Below, one piece after another: positions 41,101 to 54,824 of a stretch of 64,000 nucleotides of DNA. The stretch lies in the NCBI GenBank assembly GCA_964276515.1, contig OZ193909.1, forward strand, positions 7,192,001 to 7,256,000, read 5' to 3'. Position numbers and translations under genes: made by a program. This DNA is from Gordius albopunctatus. Lineage: Eukaryota. The notes under the pieces are model-generated. The model was given only the letters and a program-made list of their open reading frames with translations, made no database searches and was not told where the DNA came from. Within the stretch, counting starts at the first letter, position 1. Every line of letters starts with the position of its first letter.

Positions 41101-44100
41101 GTACTAATTACGTCTTTAATTGATTATCTTAAATATTGAAAAGCCTGATTTAGGATAAAACATAAGTATAGTATAACATTATCATTATGATATATGAAAC
41201 AATGAACAAAGTATTTCATCTTAATATTTATTAGGTTTTCGAGAAATATATAATTAAACATTCGATCTATAGACGCAGATTCCATACGCAGTTTTATGTT
41301 GTTTGCCCGGGGTCAGCCTTTGGGCCCCGAAGGCTTAAGATGGCTCAAATTGCATCTTGTTAACCTTTTGGGAACCCACAAAAGGTAGCATATTTTTGTT
41401 TTAAACTTAAATTATTGATAAACAAATCTCATAGATTTACTTTCAATGTTGTTTTTAAAAAGCATATATCCTGCAAAGTTTTAAAATCTTATAATTGTTT
41501 TCACATATGAATGATAACGTACTCCGAATGGATAAATGTCACTTAATAAATGGTTTTTGTTTTTTTAATTCACTATATGTCTAATTAACAGATTCTCGAT
41601 CCCCGAACGGTTGAATTTCATTGAAAGTGTCATGCCCACCGTATTGAAATGCGCCAAAACTCCCCTCAAGGTATACATTTCTTTGAAAACAGGATTCATT
41701 TTTTCTGTATTATTAACAGCCTAATCTGGCATTCGCAGGGTCGTCCGATTGCTTGCCCAATAAATATCACGTTTTTACTATTTTTAATACAAAAATTTAA
41801 TAGTTAAAGTCAATGACAAACTATACTAAATTTGATGTACTGCCAAAAAGTTGCGCAACATTTATTTAACTACTATAACAGATTTCTCTTGTGTTTGAAT
41901 TTATTTATATTACTTGAAAAATATTGATATATTATCGCATAAAAACTTGTTTTATGGAAAATATGAAAACTTTACAGAGCGGATATATTTTGTTAAATTT
42001 CACCCACACCTAGTATGCCTATATGCTACATGACGATGGGAAAATCCCTTTTTGCCAGCATAAATTTGTATTAACTTTGAAATAATTTATGGGTGTGCTG
42101 TACGTTTGAGATTAACGTTACAACACTTGCAAAGATATTAACACATTTAAACTTTACATTAAGTGCCATCTATATCATAATAATTATTCCCTGCTATTAG
42201 GCTAAATATGGATACGATTTATATGCATTCGGATTGGATCACGCCTTTATCGATTGTTATACAATATACACATTAATCTATTCTTAAGATTAGATAAGTT
42301 AAAATGTATGAGTTGTTAATAAACAGCTTTTTTTGAATATGGCGTGTATATAATTAACCAGCACTTACATATAATACATATTAGTGTTGTAAAAACGGCT
42401 GGGCTTCAATGTGTCGACCTTTGGTTTTAGTGGACTGGTCTGTTTTTCTTAGTTACATACGACGAGTGATATGCGCTTGTTTTGACATTTATGCGATTAC
42501 ATCATTTGACTTAATTGAAGTTGAGTTGTGCAATCTTCATTAATGGGCCACTTCTGTGGCAATTTCCAAAGTTGTTTTGTAGACAGTTGATTTATACCGT
42601 ATTAGGAGGGGTGTGATTGGTGGATGCAGGCGGATGATCCCTGGCAAGCCTTGGCGTGCTGTATGGAAATAGCGAATGCCACATCTTCTCCTGACCCCGC
42701 GCAATATGTTTCCCACTTTCCCATTCACCAAGTATTTTAACATAATATCACTATCAATGTAACGTTTGATAAATTTAAATATATTTTTGGGTCATTGAGA
42801 TTTTTATAGTCGGGATTGAAGATATACCTAAAACGTAAGAAATTACCATTTTTAAATCTTAAAGGCAAGTTGATACCTTATATATTAAGAGCTTAATGAT
42901 TTGTATCACAGGGTTTTCATCTTAAATCAAAAAATGTCGCGATTCTGTTTAGCTTGAATGACATAATTTTTAATGGAAAATTGTATTAACGAAAGAGTCA
43001 CAATACATTTGCAAGATTTGAGTAGATTAATCTGTAAGAGGCGTGACTCCCTGTCAAAACAAACTTCAAACGGATTATTCTTAGTTGGTAAATGAATGAG
43101 ATACAAGTAATTTTTCCTGTTACTGAGGTGCATTTTTAAAGAACGCATGCTTCAAATAATATTAAAGGATGGTTCCTGTAACGGTTTACAACATTACGCG
43201 GCCCTGGGTCGTGATGCAGAGGGAGGTGATCAAGTTAATTTAATGCCCAGTGAAAAGCCGAACGACGTTTACACAGCCGTAGCTGAAAAGGTTAGTCTAA
43301 AGTATCTAATATTTTTTTGGTAACAATATATTAAAAAATGATTAGAATATATAGCGTTAGTTTAAAGTATGAATTAGCCCCTATTTTGTAGTGAGTAACA
43401 TTTATCATAGTTGCAGATAGCTTGATAGCGATATTTATGAAAAATTATGGGCGTGTATTATTTGTTAAGGTGGAAGAATTACGGAAACAAGATGCGATAA
43501 CGGGTGATGAAACGGCTATTTTCTTGGAGAATAAAATTACAAGAAAGGTATTATAAATAAATAGTGTAGAAGGTAGCATTTATTTTGTACTGGTAAATTT
43601 GTATAATTTTAGAAGTCCTTGTTAATTTCTGTCTTGAAATTTTGCTTGAATAATAAAGGGGTACGCCAATTTTATTTAACAAGGAAATTATTAGAGCTTC
43701 CTTCTTTACATTTATCTTCCTTGTCACTTTTGAACTAAAAACTACCAATCTTTTGCTAATTATTTTTTGATAATATTTTGTCCTACATTTAAAATAAAGA
43801 AGCATTTTTTCAAGCGCATACTATATTGAATCGAATTTTGATATTGGTTACAATAAAAGTGGGCACTATAATAATAATTCAAATTAATGTTTGTCAATAA
43901 AATTACGAAAAGTCATGATTAGACAGAGAGTTAGTTATAAATATTTTTAGTTAAATGTCTATATTCATCCAAGGTTGTCAAACAAACTGTCATGACGGTT
44001 GTTTATGGCGTCACTCGTTATGGGGCCAAAGAACAAATAACCCGACAATTGGAAGCTCAAACAAATTTTCCCAAGTCCCAACTAAAACCGTGCTCAATAT

Positions 44101-46796
44101 ACTTGGTCGAAAAAACGTTCGAGAGCATCAAAAAGTTATTTAACGCCACGCGCGAAATACAAGTAAACAAGCACCTTGTCATTGAAATACTAAATTTTGC
44201 ACAAATATTTGGGTCTTTGCTTTATATGTTGAAATGGGGCATTTAGATCTGGTCTAACAAGTTACTGAAGAAGATCAATAATATATTTAGAAAATGGGTA
44301 AACTGCTTATAATCTTTTTACATATCTGTTAAATGATTGGCTAAAACAAGGGAAAATATAATTTTTTACAGTTATTATGTTGAGATCAATGTTTAAGCAA
44401 AGTCCTCTTAGGTTATTCAAAATTTAAAATTGTTTAAATTCATCATAATAACACATATTTGATTTCAGTGAATGGTACGCAGATGCCTTCAAAATTTTGA
44501 AGCGACAACCTTAAATAAGTTCCGTTTATTATTAACGCTTTATATTTTGGTAGGATTGGTTTACGGAATGCGCTCGGATGGTGTGCAGCTACACAAATTT
44601 AACCCTAGAATGGATTACGCCCATGGGATTTCCAGTGGCACAACCTTACAGCAAACGCACCGCACTTGTATTACCCCGCGTAAGTTAAGATTTCAAAAAA
44701 CTTTTATTTTAATTGTACATTATCGATTTAAAATGAATTTTCATTGTCTTCCGCTTAAAAATTCATATCATGACGTATACACTTTAAAATTATGAGAACT
44801 TTAAGTAAAATGCAATTTTTATATATTGTCATTTTTATTTTTAAAGGGTTTACAAGGCGACTCTACTTCCATTCTACAATTCCGTTCCGGAATTTTCGAG
44901 TGAGATTTTCTCTGGATATCCATCAAATGATTTTATATAAATTAAATGTTTTGAAGTTAATTAAAGTTATACCCTTAAATTTCTCATCTTTTGAGTTAAA
45001 TTTGTTTTCCAAAACTAAACCATATGAACTACCCTATTCGCATTCATATAATAATAAAATGGACTACAAATGGTCAATTTGCTTGTTGAACTTTAAATAC
45101 ATTGTAATGTCACTACCATGTTAAACATTCACAAGGAAACCGATGACGGCCAAACAGAAAAACGCCTTTCCTCCCAATTTCATCCATTCCCTCGATTCAA
45201 CACACATGATGCTGACGGCTTTAAGTTGTCAAAAGTAACTAGCGCTTATCTCTGATTAAGAATTTATATTCGTAGTTTTAAGCAATTAAACTGTGTAAAG
45301 GACTAAATCTCAATTTTTGCTTCCGAATTTTAATATAATATTTGATCAATTTTGTTACAATTTGCAGGCACTTAATTCATTTTGTGGCAGTACACGACTG
45401 CTTTTGGACGCACGCTTGCCACGTCAAAACTATGAATGAGGTTAGTAACTTATGATATTCATTAATTATTCTTACATAAACTCATGGTATACTACAATAA
45501 ACATGAAAATTATTTGTAATTGAATACATCAATTTTACTTTCCTTAGGAGTGTCGAAAACAATTTGTTTTACTCCACGAACAGCCTATTTTGGAAGAATT
45601 GTCCAACTATTTCGTCCAGCATTACAGTTACACTCAGGAGTAGGCTCATTTTTTGATTAATATAAATGGAATATTTTTTATGTGCTACACATTTTAACTC
45701 TTCTTCTTTTTCAGTTATTTGGTCTCACAGTCATGGGGTTTATTTTAATAAGTTTCTTCCATCTAGAAGTAGAACGGGTGATGCCCCGTCTCGATTAATC
45801 TCTCTTGTTTTGATAACTTTATCCACTTGCCCTTTCCACGTGACACGGGGTCGCTTCTTCCTCTCTTCCCCGGTACCTTCATGTCTAGTACTTTTCGATT
45901 TAAGTCATCCCTGTCCCTTCTTAGCATATGCTTATACCATTTTAACTGATGATATCTAATTATAGCGAAATAAATGTGGCAAAGGATGTGATCAAAAGGG
46001 ATATGCTTCTTCTGAATGCCACCCTTGCAAGGGTGCCCACAAAAGGTAATGGATGCATTATTAAGCCCGTTATCTGCTTTAAATACACTTATTATCTAAC
46101 TAATTTAACTATGTTTTTATATGTTACATTAAATTTACAATCAATGTTATTGAAACCAATTGAACAGGGCACTCTTGTCTATAATAAAATAATATACATT
46201 AAAAAGTCGTTATTTTTCCCGCAAGAGAACGTTGTCATAAGTTTAAAGTATATACATCTGATTTTTGAAGCACCTTAACTTCTGCAATAAAAAGTTTATT
46301 AAGAGGCCTCATTTATAATGAAAGCAATTTTTTTAATTGTGCAAAGGTTGAGTGATTTTACAAAAATGGTAACATGGGATTGGGTTGGAGTGACATAAAT
46401 TTTTTTAACATTATGTTTGATGCTAAAACGTTGCCGAGTTTTTTAAACAAAACTTATTCTTTGGTGTGTGTGTGACCATCAGCACTACCTCGTACTCCCC
46501 TCTTATCAATTTCTTAAATATAAAGCAATGAAGATAACAAAAAGCAATAATAAAAATCTGAATAAGTGTTTAACAAATTGCTTTTTCACTAAAATGTTAC
46601 AAATATTGGACAAAAGTTAAATTTAGAATAATATAAGTGTTATTATCTTTTTCCATATTACACCATTATTATAAAATAACTAGTTAAAATTTGATTTTCA
46701 GCATATTATTAAAAGATGTCTTATACCAATTTTTTATGCATTTTAGGAACTTTGGATATCAAAAAAGTATTGGAGTCAACATTCTTTTTCAGTTAA
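20195..46796 (+). CDS. POLRMT: Mitochondrial DNA-directed RNA polymerase (T7-like, single subunit), multi-exon
   Basis: Exons encode [16 protein letters not shown]-like [80 protein letters not shown] (motif A), [14 protein letters not shown] (motif B), [25 protein letters not shown] (motif C) and the C-terminal STFFFS*. The start codon and some N-terminal exons are less certain. Confidence 0.97.
26093..28594 (-). CDS. Spliced hAT transposase (BED finger, DDE core, dimerisation domain), copy 1
   Basis: CVRC...HFERHH BED finger across an intron; TTDVW, TTDNAAN, RCACH, TRWNS and [13 protein letters not shown] introns join the ORFs in frame; the first coding exon is uncertain. Confidence 0.9.
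28907..29106. other. Assembly gap (200 N)
   Basis: Run of N. Confidence 1.
29560..32061 (-). CDS. Spliced hAT transposase, copy 2 (same translation as copy 1; possibly an assembly duplicate)
   Basis: ORF translations identical to copy 1 at an offset of 3467. Confidence 0.7.
33378..34774 (-). mobile_element. Non-autonomous hAT element with a dimerisation-domain remnant
   Basis: CAGAG termini with a perfect 8-bp TSD CTTTAGAT and CCCGA subterminal repeats; minus strand [29 protein letters not shown] at about 33860-33945. Confidence 0.9.
35291..35563. mobile_element. Terminal fragment of the TAGAGTTGTT hAT MITE family
   Basis: Near-identical to 18519-18792. Confidence 0.75.
45699..45940 (-). 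mobile_element. Short 3' fragment of the RTE LINE in a POLRMT intron
   Basis: Matches the 3' end and (GAA)n tail of 53200-53438, but more diverged. Confidence 0.85.
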
Positions 46797-47079
46797 TCCT
46801 ACATATCAAAATTTTTGTGATGCTAAATTTCTGTATTGTACAATATCCATTTTGTTTGCTACTGTTATATTAAATGTGTGTTAATATTATTGTATATTAA
46901 AATATCAAAAATAAAATGTAATGTTTTATTAATTAAAATTTTGTTAAAAAGCTAATTAAAGCTTAACAATGTTTCAAAATTTACAGAATGCATTCTCCAA
47001 ATGCTAGATGGTTATATAAATAAAAAAAGTTATCATTATTTAATATTGTATATAGCATGGTTAAAAATGTCAGAAAACA

Positions 47080-48328
<1,249 letters not shown>

Positions 48329-48698
48329 TCAACTTTTACTTCACTAGAAAAATAACACCACCGACAACATGTATCAATTATTTATAGCTTTTTTTGTAAT
48401 TAACAATTCTAATTTCGTCTAGTAATTGTAGATATAATATATTTAATATAATCTTTTATCAGTATTGTCAAAATTTATGAGATAAATTTAGATTGGCTTT
48501 AATTTTATTTTTGAAAATCATCTCACTTCTTTTTTATAATGTTAAATAGTATGATTTATGCAAAACATAGCAATCAAATAATAATTTATGGGTATAAAAA
48601 TTGTAACATAGTGTTTTAGAGTATATTGGTATTCGGGGTTGAGAACCTAAATCATAATTTACAATTAAAATCCCTTTATAAATATATATATATATATA

Positions 48699-49374
48699 TT
48701 TAGAATATTGGTATCTTTATGATTTGGATATCACTCTATTCACACTTCTTTTACTCTATTCACACTCATTCTAATTTGAATATTTTACGGCGATTTAATA
48801 ATGTTATTCATATTAACCTTAATACAATGGTATGTAAACTAATGCTTAGCGATAGAGATTATTATCTTTGGATTATTTATTAATAAAGTAGAAACCCTTT
48901 ACAAATAGTCACCCCGCTTTTTCGGGGGAGCCGATTTTTTTTATTCCCCCCCCCCCATACTTTTATAACCCCAGCTCTACATTTTTTATCTCTCCCCTAT
49001 ACATTTACAGGTCTACATTTTTTACCCTCCCTCTAAACACTCCTGTAGCACCGGCGTCAAGGTTATAACGCAATTTGGATAAATTGGGCACTATATTTGT
49101 CACCAAATCACACTAATGAAAGGATCGAGACACAGCAAGCAACTCTTCAACCTCTCCAAAATCTCGATCTACACATGTCTTAACGCTGTGAGGAAAGAAA
49201 GCCTACCGATGGTTAAAATGATCAAAACCTAAACCCTTACTACACTCCTCTTAATCATCTTTTGCAACGTCTCCTGAAAATGGAGTTGTGCCCTACTCAT
49301 CATGGCCATCACAAGCAATTCAACACAAACCTTTACGCCTTTTTTTATGAGCAAGGACTACAATTTCGACGAAA

Positions 49375-49405
<31 letters not shown>

Positions 49406-50106
49406 TGTATGTATGTATGTATGTATGTATGTATGTATGTATGTATGTATGTATGTATGTATGTATGTATGTATGTATGTATGTATGTATGTATGTATGT
49501 ATGTATGTATGTATGTATGTATGTATGTATGTATGTATGTATGTATGTATGTATGTATGTATGTATGTATGTATGTATGTATGTATGTATGTATGTATGT
49601 ATGTATGTATGTATGTATGTATGTATGTATGTATGTATGTATGTATGTATGTATGTATGTATGTATGTATGTATGTATGTATGTATGTATGTATGTATGT
49701 ATGTATGTATGTATGTATGTATGTATGTATGTATGTAGGTATGTATAAGCCCCGATGACAAACAAGAGCTTAGTTAAATCGGCAAGCTAAGATTGAGTTC
49801 CATCTGACACCATATGTGCATCTCGGGCCACGCTAACCAGAGGTTACGTGTTAAGTTGTTAGTAGGTTAGTGGATAGGAGGGAGGTAATATGGTATTACC
49901 TAATTAGAATATTGGTATCTTTATGATTTGGATATCACTCTATTCACACTTCTTTTATCTATTCACACTTATTCTAATTTGAATATCTTACGACGATTTG
50001 ATAATGTTATTCATATTAACCTCAATATAATGGTATATAAACTAATGTTTAACGATAGAGATTATTATTTTTGGTTTATTTATTAATAAAGTAGATTTCC
50101 TCTACA
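48699..50106 (+). mobile_element. Small non-autonomous LTR element (TRIM-like)
   Basis: Direct repeats of about 200 bp (48699-48903 and about 49889-50106), both ending TACA. A degenerate PBS-like TAGTCACCCCGCTTTT follows the first and a PPT GATAGGAGGGAGG precedes the second. Confidence 0.7.
49376..49746. repeat. (TATG)n microsatellite of about 90 units
   Basis: Essentially perfect tetranucleotide run. Confidence 0.99.
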
Positions 50107-51899
50107 TATATATTCATTTATTTATACATACATTATCAACAGCTTGTCTTAGAGTATATCTGCAATGTTAAGTGAGCACTGAAATCAAAAAATTTCTCTG
50201 AATTGTAAAAACAAACAAAAGTGATAAATATAATTAGTAGTTTTTCTACGCGGTCATGAATATAATATTAATATGTACTTCATTACTATTTAAACCATAT
50301 TTTTAGACTCTTACTTCGCCTATGCTATTTTTTGATATTATTATTTTTCTATGGTAGATATTATTGGAGATAGATGAATATCATTTTGGCCGGTGATATA
50401 TCGGACGTGTAGATGTTATTATTTATTTGATTGTTGTAAGAATATGGGATTAATGATTTTCGCTAATAGAACGAGCGTCGTTTTTATAGACGCGAAAATT
50501 GATTAATGATGGAATAAAAAGCTAGAATAGTATTAATGATCACTAAAAGTAAGAAATTATACTGATTCGAAACATTCAATTTTTACGAGCCTGCTTACAC
50601 GGAGATGATGGCCAAACACCTTATGTTCTTTAATCTTCACAAAATTATTTTTAAGAGATCCGAATTCATTATTTTATCTTGTATTCAAATCATATAGTAA
50701 ATTTAACCAAATGCTTAATACTTGTCTAATTCACCATATGATCCGCGGTGCTTGAAAATAAATAAAACTATCAGTTTATATGCTTAAAATATAGCCATAA
50801 AGATCTTTTTCAATCTAAACTTTAAAGCCTAACTCAATAATTAACTTTTTCTCTTGTATTATACCTTGTATCTTATTTTCCAATAAACTGAAGATAACTT
50901 ATAATGGTTGAAAACCCGATCGATTGAGTTAATTAATAAAGAGGATAATCTCAAAGGATAAGTCAGTATTATTTTAAAATCTAACAATGTATACGTAATG
51001 AAATTTTATGTTGGTTAGATGATGGAAGCAAGGAGTCACGACCATAACTAATCCTTTTAACAAGTTATATTATTATGGGCAAACTTAACAATGAAGAAAG
51101 AAGTAGATTATATCCATATATACAAAAGTGTTTAAATTAACTTGCCACTTAGTATTTAAAAGGTCTAGGTAACGAAGTTAGGATATCGGCTAACGGTTTA
51201 TACTTGTTGCCGACTCAAAAACATCCGAATTTTTGGTTAAAATAATTATTGAAAAGCTTAAGAAAGGACATGTGTTTTTCGACTTGAAAAAGCAGCCAAT
51301 AGAGTCTGATGAGCCGAGAAATTTCTGATGTCTGATTATCATTGTTAATCATTAAATTATAGTATACTTTGTGTATGAACTTTTATATAAGGCGAATAAT
51401 GTTCAAACTTATGTCATATAAAGATAATTAAAATATTTGAGTTTTAAAATCAAATTTTATGTTGTCAATCAAGGAATTTACATAAAAACACGAAGAAGAA
51501 ATTAATCGCTCATTTTATAAATAATAAATGTAAATATTGATTAGCAGCCTTGGTGCATAAAAAATAATATGTTTTTTAATTCGTTTTTTAATAGTTCAAA
51601 CTCGTTAAATAGTTAAATTATATTTTTAAACTTATAATTGAACTAATAAGGTTTTTGGAATATCTTATTAAACCTTTAATTGATAAAAGGTTTCTAATAT
51701 AATTTATATATAATTTGAAATCGTTAACCAACATAACAGATTTTTATTCTGGTCCTAATTAACGAACAAATTAATGTTAAAAGGTATATTTTTAATGATC
51801 GATTGTGAAGTTTAAATAAACTTTTAAAAGTACGTTAAAATAACTTTTAAATTCCATCTATCAACAAACGACCATATCCAACCCAGAACTGCCCTTGAC

Positions 51900-52300
51900 A
51901 GCGAACTTCACTCTTGGAGTGACTTCAAAATCGAGACCCTATCTACCAGAAACACTTAAAAGGAATAAGACATACCACATGTTTCGTAACTCTCTCTCTT
52001 CGAAGAACCTGTCTTTGAGAGATCTTAATTATATATGGACTGTTGCAAATGGCCCGAGGCCCTCCAAATTCAAGATTTCGATACACAATTGGGATTGTTT
52101 AGGCCGCATCTCAGTTGTGACAATGTGTTACCTTTCTAGAAACATCTGTCCACAACCCGTCTTAGTGAAAGTTCATCATCTACTCAACTTTTCAAAACAG
52201 CAAGGGATGGTCGGCAGTCATTAAATAGCCGACTTTCTTAACTCATCCATATGCCTATGCTTAACAGACGGTAAACGACTCGACGGCGTTACTATCATAT
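51900..52300 (+). pseudogene. Decayed CRE/RLE-type non-LTR retrotransposon fragment
   Basis: HHLLNFSKQQG followed by DGKRLDGVTI, resembling the zinc-knuckle tail and RPDG endonuclease motif. Confidence 0.4.
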
Positions 52301-52534
52301 CAAGAAATCACAAAAATCCCTGAAATTTCCTTTTCGTCACGGTAGTGGCCATGACTCTCGGTGACCTAGGACCCGAGAATAGTCAGTTTCATGATAAATA
52401 TTTAAGTCCATTATAGCAATCACTCCCTATCCCAAAGAATTTTTACAACAAGCCAAAGATAACTGGAGACAGTTAATTCCTAAGTCCATGGATATATGTC
52501 TGCGCATTTAATTAATATATTTTAGGATTGACAT

Positions 52535-53438
52535 TATTAAACCTATTCGGGTTAATATTGGATTACATCAAGGCTCTGATTTAAGTCCCTTTTTATTTAA
52601 TATAATTATAGACACGATAACGAGGGACATTCAAAAGCCATCGGCATGGTGTATGCTATATGCCGATGATATAGTACTATGCGAGAAAACAAGGGAGAAA
52701 GTATTTGAAGAAGCCGAAAAGTGGTCAAAGCGCTTAGCTGGATATGGTTTAAAGGTCAACGATCGAAAAACGGTATACATGGAAATGAACGGTACAGGCA
52801 CCTCATCGCGGAATGACCATCTAAAGTACCCAAAAGTAGACAGGTTCACATACCTCGGCTCGATGATACATCAAGAGGGAGGTTGCTCAACGGAAGTCAA
52901 TGCCCGGATCCAAAAAGGATGGCTTAAATGGCGAAGTATATCCGGTGTAATGTGCGACAAGAAAATGCCAATATGATTGAAGAGCAAAGCTTACAAATCC
53001 ATCGTAAGACCGGTGTTACTTTATGGAAGTGAAACATTGGCATTAATCACCACGGAATTAAGGCTATTGCAAGCCACAGAATGATACGGTGGAGCTTGGG
53101 GCATACTAAGCTCGATCATATGACGAATGACTTTCTCGTGACAAAAATTGGCATTCAACCTATGGCGGACATGATTAACAAAAATCGTCTAAGGTGGTAT
53201 GGGCATATACTAAGAAGGGATACGGATGACGTAAATCAAAAAGTATTGGACATGGAGGTACCGGGGAAGAGAGGAAGTGGACGACCCCGTGTCACGTGGA
53301 AAGGACAAGTCGATAAAGTTATGGAAACTAAAGAGATTAGTCAAGACATGGCACTCACCCGGTCAAGATGGAAGAAACTTATCAAAACAAACCCCACCAA
53401 TGTGGGACCAAATAACTGATAAAGAAGAAGAAGAAGAT
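52535..53438 (+). mobile_element. 5'-truncated RTE-clade LINE
   Basis: GLHQGSDLSP, YADD, FTYLGS and [10 protein letters not shown]; premature TGA at 52974; 7-bp deletion near 53080; (GAA)n tail. Confidence 0.93.
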
Positions 53439-53584
53439 TTGTATAACTTTAAGTTATTACCTTTTAATTTTGTTCCTTATTTGATATATTGACTTAGAAA
53501 AATAAAAAAACTCGGGCCTTCGGCCCTCGTGGGAAGGGAAGGGGGGAAGGGAAGGGGGGAAGGAAAGAGGGAACAAAACTCATC

Positions 53585-54814
53585 TATACTCCGTATAAAC
53601 GAAGCATATTTGCTATGCAATTTATGGGCGAGAAAGGTCGGAAGGGGCAGAAATGCCTATAGAGGGGTATTAAATGCAAAATGATTAGTTAATTATTTAT
53701 GCAAATTTTCCATTTAATTAAAAAAAAATTGCCCTTGCCGGGATTCGAACCCACATTAAATAGATGCATAAGCCTTTGTAGCACAGGGACCAATATCAAT
53801 AGAGGCATAGGCTCTTGTAGGGGAGGGCATAGGGTAATTATCAATGTTAACCTATTTAAAAACGAAAACGAAAAATTTGGATTTATTTGGCCAATGGTCA
53901 TTTTTTGATTGGTCAGTAGCCTGCGGACGGTCAAAAAGTCCTATTATCCATGGTATTAACAAGAACATAATAATAATTTAATTTAAAAAAAATAAAAAAA
54001 TTTTGTCCTCTCCGGGTCTCGATCCCCAAACAGCAAGTCAGTAAGCTGTTCGCTATAACCACTAATACCATGCTGGTATTAAAATTGTAGAATTTTTTAT
54101 GTTATTTATATAGATAATGAAATAATAAAGTTGTGTTTTATGTTAATAGAAAATCAATATATTATAGATAATTTAACAAAAATTGAGGGATTCAGTTTGT
54201 GCAGCATATTACTTCTCTAAATCTTTATCGAATTTTGGGTGAACCGTAAATTTTTTGTCTAAAAACATTTTGGTGACCCAAGAAATTGTAGTAGATGCTT
54301 CGTAATCTTTCAAATCCTTAAAATCTTGATGCATCTCTGGGGGGGGGGAATGTCGACGTTTCAGATCATTACAACGGTCTATAAATACATGCGAGTCAAA
54401 AAAAACGAAAATTGGCCAATGGTTATTTTTTTCCATTGTTCAGTACCCAGAGATGGTCTATAAATACATACGAGTCAAAAAAAAAAATAATTTCGATTCA
54501 CATTTTGGCCAATGGTCATTTTTTTCCATTGGTCAAACAATGATAGCCAAAAAAAGGAAAAAAAATTTTTGATGCTCACTTTGGCCAATGGTCATTTTTT
54601 CCATTATTCAGCAGCCAGTGGACGGCCAAAAAGTCATATTATCAATGGTATTAACAGGAACAATCATAAGAGTCAAAAAAAACGGAAAAAAAATTTCGAT
54701 TCATAATTTGGCCAATGGTCATTTTTTCCATCGGTCAACAGCCAGCGAACGGCCAAAAAGTCATAATAGCAATGGTAGTAACAGGAACAATCATAAAAAT
54801 TGCATAGCAATTAA
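53585..54814 (-). mobile_element. DINE-1/Helentron-associated element, part A
   Basis: SubTIR TTGCTATGCAATTTATGGGC (53610-53629) next to a 3' stem-loop (53585-53608); internal tandem GGCCAATGGTCATTTTT repeats; a second subTIR half at about 54798-54812. Confidence 0.65.
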
Positions 54815-54824
54815 TATATATATA

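Noticed and set aside
39216..46796. Phage-derived T7-like polymerase or horizontal transfer
   Set aside because: Intron-rich gene with a PPR-containing N-terminus, as expected for nuclear-encoded POLRMT.
49262..49765. Long MYVC/HTYI ORFs
   Set aside because: These are translations of the (TATG)n microsatellite.
50200..51400. Possible decayed coding sequence
   Set aside because: No sustained reading frame or recognisable motif.
53850..54790. CRISPR-like array of GGCCAATGGTCATTTTT repeats
   Set aside because: Eukaryotic context, irregular spacing, homologous spacers and no cas genes; these are internal repeats of a TE.
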